This document shows, piece by piece, positions 13,601-21,730 of a DNA stretch of 64,000 nt. The DNA is taken from positions 21,948,001 through 22,012,000 of the forward strand of contig NC_087247.1 of the NCBI RefSeq assembly GCF_037042905.1. The letters run 5' to 3'. Source of the stretch: Lytechinus pictus (taxonomy: Eukaryota). A model generated the notes under the pieces. It did no database searches. It was not told the origin of the DNA and worked only from the letters and a program-made list of their open reading frames with translations. Each line of letters starts with the position of its first letter. Within the stretch, counting starts at the first letter, position 1. Made by a program: the position numbers and the translations under genes.

Positions 13601-15446
13601 AAATGTTAATGGAAATCGTTCCAGTACACCGCCAAAGTCGGCTGCCAGTAGACAAAATACAAGACCAGCAAAGCCTGGGAATACAGGAGTCAGAACAGGT
13701 CCTCAAACTACTAGGGCAGCATCTGCTAGTCCTAAACCCTCAGGTGCCTCTACAAGAGCATTACACAACAAACCAGCAAGTAGGCCTTCATCAGCTGAAG
13801 GACCAAGATCACCCGCTGTAAATAAATCATCTTCTGAGGAGACACCTTCACCACAAACACCATCAAAATTTGGTACATTCACTAAAAAGAAGGGCCAGTC
13901 GAGTATTGAAATCAGTAGCAAGAAAGAAAAGGGAGCATCTGGGGTGAGTGATAATGTGACTAAAAGTGATCTTTCGTCTGATGAACAACAAAATTCACAA
14001 CTGAAAGCTAAGGATCTTTGCAAAGAACTTAACATACCCGTGAAAAACTGTGGAGGTAAAATTGTGTCTCCAACACGTGAAACTGCAGAAGGTGATGGTG
14101 TTTGGATGAAAAGGCCTGAAGATGAGGTAAAGGACTGTGCATCCATCAGTATCAACTCTTCATCACGTCATAGTAGCTCATACAGTTTGAGTAGTATTTC
14201 TACCAATCATCAAGTTGGTAGCCTTTCTCGACAGAAATCAGCCCAGCCTGAATTACCTAGCTCAAATAAGTCACCAGCAGTCAATGCAAAGAGAAATATT
14301 TTTCCATCACTTAATAAAAACTCAAATTCCAAATCATCTAGTAAATCTAGTTTAGACTCATCAAAAAGTGGAGGTAAATCAACACCTAAATTAACATCTA
14401 AACAGAAGCATGAATCTGAAGAAAAAAATGAAGGGAAAAAGGAGAAAAAGGCAGATAAGAAGCGATTCTCTTTTCTCAAGTTGAAGATTGGTGGAAAGAA
14501 ATCGGATAGTGATAGTGAAGGAAAGGAAAAGAGCAAAGGGTTTTTCTCCAAGAAGGAAAAAAAGTCACCAAAAAAATTGAAGGTTCAGACCAAAGGCAAG
14601 ACAGAATCAGAGTCGTCCGCTGAGCAGGTCCTCCCCAGTCCTCCTCTGGCTGAACTAGAACCTGATCTTAACATTAGTGGGGCTGATCTCAGCTTTGACA
14701 GGCATCTGGATGAGCTAGAGGCTTGGAATAGTGACAATGATATTGACAAAGAAGAGATGCCTGATGAGTTTGTTGAATGGGATAGTGGTAGCGATATCAT
14801 GAAAGAAGAGATGCCAGAGGAATTCATTGAAAGCTGTTCAGAAGTAGATACTGATCCTGCTACTCCAATGAGTCCCGGTGTTACAACTGGATCAGTAGGA
14901 GGTGATATACAGATTGACCCAAACGGACAGCGGGGAGACTTCTCCCCACACTCTCAAACTGGTAGCCTTTCCCCAAACGGACTATCGGGGGACTGTATGT
15001 CCCCCGTAGATGAGGATGGTAATTCCATTGAAGCCGATGAGCAGTATTTTTACTGTGAAAATCGACTGAACTCTTTCATTCGTCTTGACGACAATAAAAG
15101 CGAAACAAGCGACACATTTCTTGAAGGAGAGTTGAGCATGCGTCGAAATGTCCAGAACCAGCGCAGCCGTAGCTTGTCAGATACTACCGTTGATCAATCA
15201 CCACATCGCCCTCAGAGATTGAAACTTCCCCAGAAACCATTCGGTATCCATCAGAATGACACCTCTCCTTCTTCCAACAATGTTGTACCTGTTTTGGTGT
15301 CACCCTATAACTATAGCCCAAATCCAAATCGGAAAGGCGAGATAGACACCAACTGTTCCGGGATGGGGTTTCACAAAGATGACAGTAGTCGAAGTAGTTC
15401 AGAGGTGGTTAGTCCCACTGGATCTACCAGAGTAACTACTGTTTAG
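1390..15446 (+). CDS. APC: Adenomatous polyposis coli protein, 5'-partial spliced CDS: join(1390..1668,2140..2775,3360..3477,4029..4259,5059..5166,6552..7819,8415..15446)
   Basis: Exons sum to 9672 nt (3223 aa + stop) with GT-AG introns and matching phases 0,0,1,1,1,0. Recognisable APC motifs: SLQTDMSRRQLEYEARQ, VYSLLSMLG.HD.DDM, MKLSFDEEHR, armadillo repeats (RRYAGMALTNLTFGD, LKSVLSALWNLSAHCTENKADIC), 15-aa and 20-aa beta-catenin repeats, SAMP-like repeats, basic domain and C-terminal PDZ ligand VTTV. Confidence 0.97.
2140..2775 (+). CDS. APC: APC exon: low-complexity linker ending SSVMSFGSS...QQLGVK
   Basis: Acceptor catttag|GCT and donor AAG|gtaaaa; open frame; the end matches vertebrate HLGTK|VEMVY. 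Confidence 0.88.
3360..3477 (+). CDS. APC: APC exon (VGFVYSLLSMLGSHDRDDMASTLLMMSRSADSCLAMRQS)
   Basis: Acceptor cctttag|GTT and donor G|gtaagg; conserved pre-armadillo segment. Confidence 0.95.
4029..4259 (+). CDS. APC: APC exon (GCIPLLIHILHG...RVLRLLEQIRSYC)
   Basis: Acceptor caccag|GT and donor G|gtgagt; conserved APC sequence. Confidence 0.95.
5059..5166 (+). CDS. APC: APC exon (PGPAMAALMKLSFDEEHRSAICHL); this frame is absent from the ORF track
   Basis: Acceptor ggcag|CA and donor G|gtaagg; hand translation gives MKLSFDEEHR, the start of the armadillo region. Confidence 0.93.
5200..5828. mobile_element. Palindromic MITE, Tc1/mariner-like, in an APC intron
   Basis: GTGTGAGTCAAAAAAATGCTTGACACCTCACAAATC... 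is mirrored by ...GATTTGTGAGGTGTCATGTTTTTTTTTACTCACACCG. The imperfect inverted arms run more than 200 bp, with TA on both flanks. Confidence 0.8.
6552..7819 (+). CDS. APC: APC exon encoding most of the armadillo repeat domain
   Basis: Acceptor tttacag|GT and donor CAG|gtaatg; GLHAIAELLQVD...SAALRNLMA is near-identical to vertebrate APC. Confidence 0.97.
8415..15446 (+). CDS. APC: APC giant terminal coding exon (15-aa and 20-aa repeats, CID, SAMP-like repeats, basic domain, PDZ ligand)
   Basis: Acceptor atacag|ATC; 7032-nt open frame ending TRVTTV-TAG. Contains NYSLKYSEE, repeated E(G/D)TP..(F)S..SSLSSL, SPSELPDSP, KGIKGGKKVY and RPVLLKQSTF. Confidence 0.97.
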   Translation: MMQEVAQAGLPNDSSQGSESPRRESLESRLQSRNGHQQKPTCPRSSSFTHMPPEGSNLSSRSNSYSFGFDGGQGLVARRSSTESINSISSDIFPAGIHERLAQNRSQMDHSQSADSSLNMHGTGRNLQNNALVHSADEAFGTNMDSTTNYSLKYSEEDLPPGIHSPKRTPPEEHGCKEENSQQSSGDGEQNEENSSQPCQKCNSPHRPREGLATGNSYMSSQHQGIFPQQYSDQSVSSHHNVLDTIQGSSMYSNMDNSEPFTQDDERPTDFSQRYANDMSHGEDAESFGFVQTTLETNTGGTVYMSSEEPEVRDSSYNVSSNQEIPSSLVSQFGSEHGGSRHSVASSHHEEEESQPCSHDDNTKTYCVEGTPGPISRCSSLSSLDLNELNEDEKSKDDSAHSPGDDLQTTTPPNEPTPVKMTNKQVLLQLPSDVHHHDEVQETPLVFSRCSSVCSLSSDDVPDICDDVSSIYTNSRAASGFVSPSELPDSPSDTMPPSPRRTSQGNVKEDIQNAPKLPEMEEKPTMYATEGTPIDNSCATSLSALTIDGDVKATVAKRLLPPEGNEGSEDAGSKDKENADEKNVEPSGNDFSEQEQSLLDECINAALPVRRKGIPKPSKSKSKRDVTSKKIPVSQKPSTSKHVSFEKSNSAQSTALQDVSKPFCTEDTPVNFSAATSLSDLSIEDIEIESSSDGKLMITNPDRSAMEKPSGIESDNQVQTSGDLLHYMDDARSETNSVTKEAEDSMLQECINSAIPRSKSSKPRTSLLAKHRSPRHIGKFRSPKGVAPRKRLPSTDVRHKSPSPIPEMSSDTRSTSSQERGQDWVNNPSPPPDTVTTYCMEGTPGISNATSLSDLTSPIDSEDVNGNITSQNLPQNRSTLGVGVSMGSTPSDTPRVFAVEGTPINFSCNGSLSSLSCDEDADLAEAKAQMKEVSKRKQADGGSSRQQTMIPKQRTSFSNPIEQVHSPDKKYYSMNDYHNADAAKSAMSPLDSPRVFAVEGTPGVISRADSLSSLSCDEEDASPQQADERGTVEKSAKERLAEKTRTSRISGNRMNHLGESSMAMRRLSSEEAPLSYAVEDTPTCFSHNSSLSALSDNDEEERPDLTEQWQDEESQQQRSTESANGINKDSRRVFATEDTPVCFSRNSSLSSLDAESDGDAASEQALLDECIISGMPQSKGKKPVKKINGKVISGGPSMEDDESSATIKENESKPVRRGPRISKPSDSVEEKSVTEEEDGPKGIKGGKKVYRSPITGKIRSITPPKSVMAPKSPAATRGGLAKGSPTTSRGRGAIRGARGGLTRSASTTPPRSATPTGRGTPPRTTTPPRTTSPMTAGRTTTPPRTTSPRSGTPPRLTPSPKGPNGNKNITPVRNTTNSARSITPPRPVRKSSLDSQKDGDAKSETSSRRSSKESISNIPKPRQIKNPSKTSPSSSTSPKPPTGRGSPAGKPPLSTSRSASPKSKMPVPSRSNSPSTKTTGSVGTPRKPVNKSPSTNKPVDDSTLGDEELTSQMKSISLESDGGSPDLDDGDRPVLLKQSTFTKDSASLPEQTPEMNPLSGDEKVLSPVQSEEAPSVTESESSLSMSKGGWRKTSSGIQGSQEGQKSSTGNKTVSKPTGVSKITPKRTNSPGLRSPATRSSSPGQRTNAPAKRSESPSRVSTTSQRSESPSRASTTSQSSVSKQRTIPQTKGPGSTQRNNSATSKINSGLQKSGGLSKRSSSPSGVKTNPNVNGNRSSTPPKSAASRQNTRPAKPGNTGVRTGPQTTRAASASPKPSGASTRALHNKPASRPSSAEGPRSPAVNKSSSEETPSPQTPSKFGTFTKKKGQSSIEISSKKEKGASGVSDNVTKSDLSSDEQQNSQLKAKDLCKELNIPVKNCGGKIVSPTRETAEGDGVWMKRPEDEVKDCASISINSSSRHSSSYSLSSISTNHQVGSLSRQKSAQPELPSSNKSPAVNAKRNIFPSLNKNSNSKSSSKSSLDSSKSGGKSTPKLTSKQKHESEEKNEGKKEKKADKKRFSFLKLKIGGKKSDSDSEGKEKSKGFFSKKEKKSPKKLKVQTKGKTESESSAEQVLPSPPLAELEPDLNISGADLSFDRHLDELEAWNSDNDIDKEEMPDEFVEWDSGSDIMKEEMPEEFIESCSEVDTDPATPMSPGVTTGSVGGDIQIDPNGQRGDFSPHSQTGSLSPNGLSGDCMSPVDEDGNSIEADEQYFYCENRLNSFIRLDDNKSETSDTFLEGELSMRRNVQNQRSRSLSDTTVDQSPHRPQRLKLPQKPFGIHQNDTSPSSNNVVPVLVSPYNYSPNPNRKGEIDTNCSGMGFHKDDSSRSSSEVVSPTGSTRVTTV

Positions 15447-16370
15447 AACAACTTATCTTTATTCATATTTCATATTTTTGACATCCCATTTATTGTTTGA
15501 TCTTTTTAAAAAATTATTTTTCTGATATGTTGAGAGTTGATTAATGATGCAGTTTAGCAGCTGATTAGCCTGAAAATCACTCAACTTAAATAGTAAAATG
15601 CATGAAACTGATTATTCTATTCTGGAGTAAAATTTTAAGAAAAGAATAACAATTTAGTATGGAACATGTGGTCTGATATCTGATTCTCTTAGCGAGTATG
15701 TGTTGCTAGTTTTCATAGGGCAGTAAATTTTTATATTCTGCTTATTTTTTCCTTCCATTGTACTTGTGAAGATTCTTCTCAAATATTCACATTAGAGTAG
15801 TTCAAACTTAATATTTATTGCCAATTTGAAATGGTTAATAATTATTGATTATGTGAATTCATGTATCAAAAATCATGATTATTTCTGTATTCTCATTATC
15901 AGTTGATGTATTTAATGTCTCTTTAATTAATGTACGAACTATGAGAAGAGAAAATAGCCTTTCATTCATAGTCATGGTCTCTTAAAGCAAAATTTGTTCT
16001 CAAAACATTTCTGCATGTACGGTAATTGTAGATTATTTTACAGTAGTGTTCTACAGTGGTTTGATAGTGTGATACTCACAAATCTCTAGCACTCCAAGTA
16101 TCATGAATATTTCAAAATATTGTTAAAAAATACACTTTATAGATTATCTCAAACTTTGCATTTCTATTTTATTATTTAAGACAATTTTTTTTAACTTGAG
16201 GTTGAAAAACAGGTTTTATAGAAACGTTTTTAGTTTATTTTGAAAAGCATTATCATAATGAAAGACTTGCATGTTAGTTACAATCTTGCAGCTTGCATTA
16301 TTTCTACCATTACATGTTATAGTGACACAGTTTATTACTTCATAAGTGCAAGTAATTACAAAATTGTTTC

Positions 16371-16376
16371 AATAAA
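16371..16376 (+). promoter_or_regulatory. Candidate APC polyadenylation signal (alternatives at 17886 and 19705)
   Basis: AATAAA hexamers downstream of the stop in AT-rich, UTR-like sequence; which one is used cannot be determined. Confidence 0.3.
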
Positions 16377-16549
16377 GGAGGAAGGAGGATGAACTGTACG
16401 CAAACATACTTGTGCAATGAAAAAATAGTGTTGATTTGCTACATTATTTTTGAAAGCATATCTCTGTACATTTTGTACCAAGTAACTTATTGTGTTTAAA
16501 TATCATGATAGTATTATATCTGTCAATTATTTGATTAGTGGATTGCTAT

Positions 16550-16783
16550 CAGGCATGGGGATCAGGGGAAGGGGGGGCCAATGGTTAGACACTGTTTCTA
16601 CCTCCATTATGCTGATAGACAACCTCTTTTTTGGCAGTGAAGTGGAAATTGTTTTTTTTTTTTTTTTTTAACTAGTCAATATTTTGTTGTTGTTTCGCAT
16701 GTCAGAAATGTCTGCAAAACAAAACTTATAGAAATTCTCTGACCTCCCCCCCCCCTATTATGAAATCTTGGATCCACCCATGA
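16550..16783. mobile_element. Degenerate hAT-like MITE in the APC 3' region
   Basis: Decayed CAGG..GGATC left end and TGGATCCACCCATG right end, with subterminal G and C runs; no clear TSD. Confidence 0.35.
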
Positions 16784-17025
16784 TTGCAAGGTTTTCAGTC
16801 TATCGTCAATCGCTACTTATTTAATACTTTATTTCTAGGCATTCAATTTGTCGCTCGGTATTCACTTTTCTATTGTATGCATATTTTACAATATTCTTGC
16901 AAAATACTTTGTGGTATTCCTGTTTACAAACTTAGATAAAAGGCAGAGTACATAATATTATTGGATATTCATATATCTGATCTTGTTTATTATATTCAGG
17001 GGAATGTTCTAATTCAAGTTGTAGT

Positions 17026-17673
17026 CAGGGATGTGTTAGAAAGGAAAGGAATGTACTAGCCTGCATAACCCCAAGTGACGAGCCGACGGCAAGATAATGT
17101 GTTGCAAACAGGTGTTTCAACAATGCCACTCGGGTGTTTTCAATAATAGGAATATTTTTATTTTTGGTATAGTTTCTTGGAGCAACAAAGTTAAGTCAGA
17201 TTTCAATTGGCTTGTCCATTTCTTAATGATGCATTAGTACATTTTGTGGGCATGACGGGTATCAGCGAACAAAAATAACCATAATTCGAGTAATATTAAA
17301 AGTTAATTATCTCAGATTCATGCAAGAACACGCATTAATTATTATACAAAATATGTTCATAATTATAAATCTTTCATGAGTGAGCTCTGAAATGCGCAAA
17401 TATCACGAGGGCTTTTATTTTTGTTGTCCATAACTTATTTGAAATTTGCCAAATTAATTGATCCAAAACAATCCTTCTACAGACATAAGTAGTAAATACT
17501 GATATTTCGTTTCTGCAGAAGCCAGCCGGCTCCGAAAGGTTAAAAATCGGCACGCCACATGGGATATCAAACCCCCTTTTAAAATGCTTTGTCAGTGATT
17601 GGAATGATTTTGTATTCCTATAGATTTTCAAATATATTGTGCTTTAGTTTTCTACCTTCCTAACACACCCCTG
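17026..17673. mobile_element. Non-autonomous TIR element with a 7-bp TSD (P-element-like or hAT-like)
   Basis: TIRs CAGGGATGTGTTAGAAAGG / CCTTCCTAACACACCCCTG, flanked by the direct repeat TTGTAGT (17019-17025 and 17674-17680). Confidence 0.8.
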
Positions 17674-18665
17674 TTGTAGTCAACACATTTATATTTTTTT
17701 TTTGACTAAATTTTTGATAGATGACAATCTGATTGTCCCAGTAAAATTTGGTTCAATTTAGTTTCATTGTGTTCTGTGTGACTTATGAGCTGTATTCATT
17801 ATTTCATTTGTCCAAATATTTATTTTAGAAATATCCCCACATGTTTCTTTCAGCAATACTTAAATATTACCCATATTACATAAAAAATAAAGAAACATTT
17901 CCTTTGTTTAGATTACATTTCACATGTTATAGGATTTATTTCCATACAGGGCACATTTTTTATTTTTTTTTAAATTCTTTGTAATGGTCAATATGCAATG
18001 TCAGTGTGAATTTACCCCCAACTTATTATGAACGGATTATCACGTGCTATACAATTTCTTGCCTGATTATCATGTTTCTTACAAATAATGCACTTCTTGT
18101 TCAGAAGATATTTAAACTTGGCTAGTAGAGTAATAATTTCTATGTGTACGTCATAGTTGTCCATTTGCATTTTCTTATCAACTGGTATTAAGACTTTAGT
18201 ACTTTCTTGCAACATTTTAGGTATGTGGTAATTGACAATGGTCAGTAATAAGCCTGAGTGGTTATTTTGCTTGGGACATGTTCATTGGTTCTTTACATGT
18301 ATGTTTATTACAATGTTTATATTTCCCTTGATTAAAAAATTCTACTGTACTTTTTTTCTCTCCCATATATATATATATATGTCATTACAATGAAAATCTT
18401 AGTTGAAACTCTCGTTTGCCTTTCATTATGTAAGAGACTTTCTACATATCAGTGTCCTGGGCAATATTTCTTGTAAATTGTCTCCAATGACAATGCTGTA
18501 GCCACACCAATGAAACTGACTCAAAACTGACTGATGATATTCCATTTATAAAGTAACATAATAGCTTTGATCAGTCTGGAGACGTTGGTTTGACTGTAGC
18601 CTCAGTTTTCATTTACCCATTATTTTTCAACCAACCAGAGCTAAAGATTTCACAGAAATCATCAG

Positions 18666-18822
18666 GGCTCCGTAACACAAAGGTTGGCGTTTAATCGGTA
18701 AAATGAAGTGGCCTATCAAGATCATCGTTGCATGCACATTTTGCTCCGTTGACTGACTAGGAACCAATCTGAATTGTTCTTTCAAATTAACGATTAATCG
18801 CTAATCTTTGTGTTATGGAGCC
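18666..18822. mobile_element. PIF/Harbinger-like MITE
   Basis: About 32-bp TIRs GGCTCCGTAACACAAAGGTTGGCG / CGCTAATCTTTGTGTTATGGAGCC with a CAG 3-bp TSD. Confidence 0.8.
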
Positions 18823-19759
18823 CAGTGATCTGACAACTGTTATGAAAAAATATCCTAAATTTGTATTCTTTTTAGTCAGCTTATTTAAATTAATTCATTA
18901 GTAGAAACAACCATGAAGTGCATTTTAATGAGGCAATGTGTTCAATGCAATCCTGTGCATGTTTGGTGCTTATTATTTCATTAAGAATGTTTGGTAATTA
19001 ATGTGAAATAGATTGAGAATTGTTATTTTGACTTGGGAAAGACTGCTGAATTCTATTAAGTTCCCACCAAAATCTGACTTGCCAGTAAATGGAGAAAGAA
19101 ACGGTGAACCGTTGAATGAAAAAGCTAGAAGGAAAACACTGTGTAGGTATATGATCATGTATTGCTGCAAAATATTTTCTTCTGTGTTTGAATGTAGAAT
19201 TGTGAAGAAAGTAAATTGTAGTTTTATCAACTTTTTCATTATATAAATGTTAGAAGAAAAATATGTGTTCAAGGTTCAATTGTGACATTTTGCTCAGGAT
19301 GGCCTGAAATCCTTGTAGCAAAAAATGCATAAGAAAAGTTTTATTACTTCATGGAAATAAGATTATTAAAATATCAAATGTATGAGAGTGAGATTTACCT
19401 TTGTAAATTTAGAGATATTTTGTAACCAAAGACAAACAGTTCTTTAGAAATTGTAGAAAAAAAGTTAGGTTACTTTGTTAAAAAAGTAATTATTCTATTG
19501 ATCATGGAAGACAAAAAAAATGTGCAAATATAATGTCGTGTTCAAATATGTAATACATTACAAAAATAATTCATAAAGATGATTTTATATTTACAGTACT
19601 CTGTATTTAAACATGTCCATGGATGTAAAGAGAATGTTAAAATGTAAAGAAAAGGTAAAACGTGTTTGGCCGTTTGTTGATGTATAAAATGAGAGGAAAG
19701 AGAAAATAAAGATAAAGTGATTCAGATTTAAAGATCATCTTGACTTTCTTGTGCTTAAA

Positions 19760-20352
19760 AAAAGTCAAGCCCACCCAATAAAAAGATTGATTTGAATCAA
19801 TTGAGAAAAATCAAACGAGCATAATGCTGAAAATTTTATCAAAATCAGAGGTAAGATAAGAAAAATATGACATGTTAAAGTTTTGCTCGTTTCACAAAAC
19901 AGTTATATGAACAATTCATTTATAGGCAATTGAAAGAGTCAATGATGTCCCTCACTATTATGTTTTTATTTTTTTAATTATACAAAATTTCAAATTTTAC
20001 AGATTGACAATACAGACCAACTTGACTGAACCTCAATATGTTATTACAATGGTAATTCTACATATTCAGGAGGAATAAAACTCTTTTTTTTCATATAACA
20101 ATGAGGAATATTAAACTATTTCATATTTCATATAATGAAATACAAAAGAAATAGTGAGTGGATGATGTCATCCGTCCCCTCATTTGCATTACGACCAGGA
20201 TGTGCAGATAATTTATTTAAAATTAAGCGAAACTTTGAAATGTCATAACTTTGTTATTTTACATCTGAATTTGATGAAATATTTAGTGCTATGCTTGTTG
20301 GAATTTTATCTTTCTATTCAAATCAACTTTCTGTTGGAATGGACTTGTCCTT
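19760..20352. mobile_element. Kolobok-like (TTAA) palindromic MITE, same family as 44054-44650 in the opposite orientation
   Basis: Ends AAGTCAAGCCCACCC / TGGACTTGTCCT with long imperfect inverted arms; alignable by eye to the 44-kb copy. Confidence 0.75.
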
Positions 20353-20587
20353 TGAATGTTGTCAGTTTTGTTAATAGACACAGGACCATCATCATTCAAT
20401 AGATTAACAAGATTAATTAATGCATATATATAATTATAAGCATAAGCAGTTAAGGGGAGGTAAAAAGGGGAATACAACACAATAATTTAATATGTGAAGG
20501 TAAGAGATGATGAATATGAAAAGGGAAGATTGAGAGGGGTATATAAAAGGAGGTCAAAGTAGGTAGAGAAATAGAGATGGATGGTAA

Positions 20588-20944
20588 AGGCGCTGTCACA
20601 TCATTCCATGTTTAGCCTTGCGGATGACTTTTTCTACCCGCAGGTCGCCCCCGCATTGACAGTATCTAATGATAATAACAACGGTATATTTACCCAGGGT
20701 AGCCACTTCAGTTCCGAAAACTGTTCTCCCAGTGGGCCCTGCTATTATTATTACCTGGCTAAGCTAGGCTACCTATTCAGGTGCACACAGCTTTTTGAGG
20801 AATTACTTCTCGCACGCAGTTGCCTGCGGAACACACGTAAATCTGATTTGCACGCAGGAAAGTTTGAACATGCTCAAAACTTTGTTGCGGGTGAATTGCT
20901 GGCAATCATCCGCAAGGCTTGCACGGAACAATGTGACAGGGCCT
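20588..20944. mobile_element. Harbinger/Tourist-like MITE carrying a nested SINE-related fragment (~20665-20808)
   Basis: TIRs AGGCGCTGTCACATCATTCC..GCCTTGCGGATGA / TCATCCGCAAGGC..GGAACAATGTGACAGGGCCT with TAA/TTA flanks. The insert shares TTCAGGTGC.CACAGC.TTTTGAGGAATTACT with the SINE at 45.6 kb. Confidence 0.7.
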
Positions 20945-20946
20945 TT

Positions 20947-21660
20947 AGATACTATGTATATCACAGAAAAAGAAAGATTGGGTATAGAAGGTCATAGTAG
21001 TAGGAGAGAGGGATGGTGAGATACTATGTATATTACAGAGCCGAGAAAGTAGGATAGGGTATAGAAGGTCATAGTAGTAGGAGAGAGAGGGATGGTGAGA
21101 TACTATGTATATCACAGAGAAAGTAGGATAGGGTATAGAAGGTCATAGTAGTAGGAAAGAGGGATGTGAGATACTATGTATATCACAGAAAAAGAAAGAT
21201 TGGGTATAGAAGGTCATAGTAGTAGGAGAGAGGGATGGTGAGATACTATGTATATTACAGAGAAAGTAGGATAGGGTATAGAAGGTCATAGTAGTAGGAG
21301 AGAGAGGGATGGTGAGATACTATGTATATCACAGAGAAAGTAGGATAGGGTATAGAAGGTCATAGTAGTAGGAAAGAGGGATGTGAGATACTATGTATAT
21401 CACAGAGAAAGTAGGATAGGGTATAAAAGGTCATAGTAGTAGGAGAGAGGGATGGTGAGATACTATGTATATCAAAGAGAAAGTAGGATAGGGTATAGAA
21501 GGTCATAGTAGTGGGAGAGAGAGGGATGGTGAGATACTATGTATATCAAAGAGAAAGTAGGATAGGGTAAAGAAGGTATGTCATAGTAGAAAGAGAGAGG
21601 GATGGTGAGATACTATGTTTATAATCAAAGAGAAAGTAGGAAAGGGGAGAAAAGGTCAAA
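20947..21660. repeat. Purine-skewed minisatellite, ~72-bp unit, ~10 copies
   Basis: Unit GAGATACTATGTATATCACAGAGAAAGTAGGATAGGGTATAGAAGGTCATAGTAGTAGGAGAGAGGGATGGT recurs at 21018, 21097, 21168, 21240, 21314, 21385, 21457, 21531 and 21607. Confidence 0.95.
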
Positions 21661-21730
21661 GAAGGGAGAGAAAGAGAGAGAAGAATATTAAAGGGAAAGA
21701 GGTGTAGGGTCAAGAAAAAGGTCAAAGGTT

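Noticed and set aside
9947-14827. Antisense ORFs inside APC (e.g. 11756..12562, 268 aa)
   Set aside because: Shadow frames of a Ser/Pro/Thr-rich coding strand with no independent motifs.
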